A stretch of 64,000 nucleotides of DNA from Takakia lepidozioides (lineage: Eukaryota > Plantae > Bryophyta), in assembly GCA_030704615.1 (NCBI GenBank), contig JAKLZA010000360.1:1-64000 (forward strand), given 5' to 3'. Of this stretch, positions 61,501-64,000 are shown in pieces. The notes under the pieces are model-generated. The model was given only the letters and a program-made list of their open reading frames with translations, was not told the DNA's origin and ran no database searches. The number at the start of each line of letters is the position of its first letter. The stretch's first letter is position 1. Both the position numbers and the translations under genes were made by a program.

Positions 61501-64000
61501 GGTACGTTTCATCAGCGGACGGATGAATTTCGGCGCCGAAATTCATCCTATTCAAGTGCTTTCGTACACAAACTTACAAATTTCGGCGCCGCAATTCATC
61601 GCTTCCCAAGTCCTCATTCGTCATGAGCAAACCTGTCAGTGGGATATCGGAGCCGGAATTAATTCCGGAACAGTGGAAACGGCTGCACTTGGGCACATTT
61701 CATCCATATTTCGGCGCCGAAATTCATTACGAATATCTCCGTCCACGCGTACGAGGTGAGGTGAAATCATCCATATTTCGGCGCCGAAATTCATCCAGAG
61801 CGAAGACTAAATCGGCACCATGCTATGCTTTGCCGCCATCATTGCCCTGACGGATGCTGTCCATGCCTGTTGGACTTGCCATTTCTGGACATTTAACTAT
61901 AATTTCGGCGCCGAAATTATACTTTATGTGCGGCAACGTCCCGTGCGGAAAAAGACCACTTAATGGATACTGTCGGTTTCAAATGAAAAAAACAGCTAAA
62001 ATACAATTAATTTTGACAGAATGGGTTCAATATGCCGATTTCTCCATTAAATGCAGAATATTCCTGTTATCTTCGTCGGAACGGGGTATTTCCAACGATT
62101 TACGAAAAATTATATCATCCAGAAGCAAATAGTAAGTGTCGGGTTTGGACGAATTTCGGCGCCGAAATTCATCCGTCGCATAGAAAATGTAATATTAGAG
62201 TTACTCATTGCGGACAGTAAGGATGAATTTCGGCACCGAAATTCATCCATTTCAAAGAAAAATAAATATTGGAGGGAGGCATTGATGAATTTCGGCGTCG
62301 AAATCCGGCGCTCAAACCCTGAAAAGAATTTGGAGGGATGGAGTCGGTTGAATTTCGGCGCCGAAATTCATTGATCGCGAAGAAAAAATAAAATTCGGGA
62401 GGACTTCGGATGAATTTCGGCGCCGAAATTCATTGCTCGCGAAGAAAACAATAAAATCGGGAGGAGGACTTCGGATGAATTTCGGCGCCGAAATTCATTG
62501 CTCGCGAAGAAAAAAAAAAATTCGGGAGGACTTCGGATGAATTTCGGCGCCGAAATTCATTGCTCGCGAAGGAAAAAAAAAAAGTTCGGGAGGACTTCGG
62601 ATGAATTTCGGCGCCGAAATTCATTGCTCGCGGAGAAAAAAATAAATTCGGGAGGACTTCGGATGAATTTCGGCGCCGAAATTCATTGCTCGCGAAAGAA
62701 AAAAGGAAAATTAGAAGGGAGGACTTGGATGAGATTCGGCGCCGAAGTTCATCTGTCAAAGAAAAAAAAAAAAAAAAAAAAAAAAAACTTCAGATGAATT
62801 TCGGCACCGAAATCCATCCGCAGGGCAGCATAATTAGGGTCGGAAAAGGAGATGAAGAATGAATTTCGGCGCCGAAATACATCCATTCTGCCGATTCAGG
62901 ATTACTGTCATTCGGATGTCGGCACCGATATCCGGACACGTGGTGAATCACGACTGTAATCAGGAACACATTCATCTGTATTTTGGCATCCAAATTCAAC
63001 CCTCATGTGCAGAAACAATTTGATGAAGAAGATGTTCATCCGAATTTCGGCACCGAAATCCATCCGTTGGATGCTTGGTCAGTTTCATGAGGTGAACAAA
63101 TTACTATTTCTGTCGCCGGAATTCATCCCCTGGCTTCCAAAGTTGTTACATGACAGAGATATTCATCCAGATTTCGGTGCCGAAATTCATGGGAAGGCCT
63201 GATTTATTGTAGCCCAAGTGGTTGTTACATTACAATTCAGGCACCAAATATCCGATGTGAACTTGCTGTTGTCGTCCGTTTTTGTAACGTACGTTACATA
63301 CCTTCATCTTTACGTGCACTGATCACCCATCCTGTTGGATACGGAATCCTCCAGAAAATCATTTGTGTTATTAGGTAGGACACACTCTTCTCACTGCAGG
63401 ACTTCGCTGCGGAGTGTACCGAGAGGTCATGTCTTCAACATGGACTCCCGTGTTTGGGTAAACGTGTACTTCCATCCTGATTCTCTGAAAGCTAAAATAC
63501 GTTCCACGAAATCCAATTCCCAGTCGTCATCCTCCTCCCACGAGAAGCTCTTCGCCCCGCATACCGGTGGGTGACCCCGCAGCTTGGCCCACCCATCGGT
63601 GGGGGAAACTGAAAAGACGGCGGCACCAACAAAGGCGAACGACACCAGGATGTCCAACGCTCTTGCAATGCCCTGCATAGTGCAAGGTTGCAGGGATGTT
63701 CCTCACCCCGGATGGGGCGCATATTTCAGTTGTCAACAGCCGGTCTGCTGCGCGCAGTTGTGTGATACAATCACGGTTTCACAGTACCCAGCTTGCAACT
63801 GTGAGGACTTCCTTGTTATGGAATTGAAGAATGCAGCATACGTCCCCTGCAAACACCTTTTTACATTTTTCTGAAGCGCATGAGTTGCATATCCGCAGTG
63901 GACGTCTTCATCCATGCTCCAACACTGAGTTTCAACGAGCTGCACAAGGCCCTACGCAGGACACTGGTCGGACTGTTGACATTCCACATTCGGGAAGGGA
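58510..64000. mobile_element. Element B copy 3 (right end outside the window)
   Basis: TSD at 58501-58509, left TIR, MTase remnant 59202-60843, SWIM remnant ~63560-63980. Confidence 0.9.
61521..63250. repeat. Element B palindrome field, copy 3
   Basis: Same motif and spacing as the other copies. Confidence 0.95.

Larger units (their letters stand above)
55159..64000 (+). mobile_element. Ty3/gypsy array unit 3 (runs off the window)
   Basis: LTR, ORF0, gag and element B, offset 20,005 bp from unit 2. Confidence 0.93.

Noticed and set aside
63230-64000. Extra frameshifts in B copy 3 as real divergence
   Set aside because: The dense 1-2-bp indels look like lower consensus quality and cannot be supported without reads.

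Overview
Eukaryotic repeat DNA, most likely from a non-seed land plant (inferred from the element types). No host gene is recognisable. There are two nested systems. (1) A non-chromovirus Ty3/gypsy LTR retrotransposon (LTR - 231-aa ORF0 - gag-pol - ~1150-aa extra ORF3 - PPT) forms a head-to-tail array with shared LTRs (periods 19,310 and 20,005 bp, from 16262 to the window end), plus an inverted partial copy at 9721-16263. (2) Two related TIR DNA transposons with Mutator-like ends are inserted into it. Element A (<1-9720) sits in ORF3 of the inverted copy. Element B (19194-26043, 38505-46017, 58510->64000) sits in gag with a 9-bp TSD, AAGAGAACC. The most unusual feature is the cargo of these TIR elements. 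They carry an intron-containing gene that fuses a ParB/Sulfiredoxin-like domain (VWDGNHR) to a bacterial-type beta-class N4C/N6A DNA methyltransferase-like domain, a conserved ~185-aa protein of unknown family, and (in B) a SWIM zinc-finger remnant. They also carry dozens of family-specific 22-24-bp palindromes (A: GGAAATGCGGCGCCGCATTTCC; B: ATGAATTTCGGCGCCGAAATTCAT), mostly spaced at whole helical turns (53/64/74 bp). This looks like a self-targeting protein/binding-site system (parS-like or VANC-like) on a plant transposon. All domain calls are by eye; no transposase is visible in the window.
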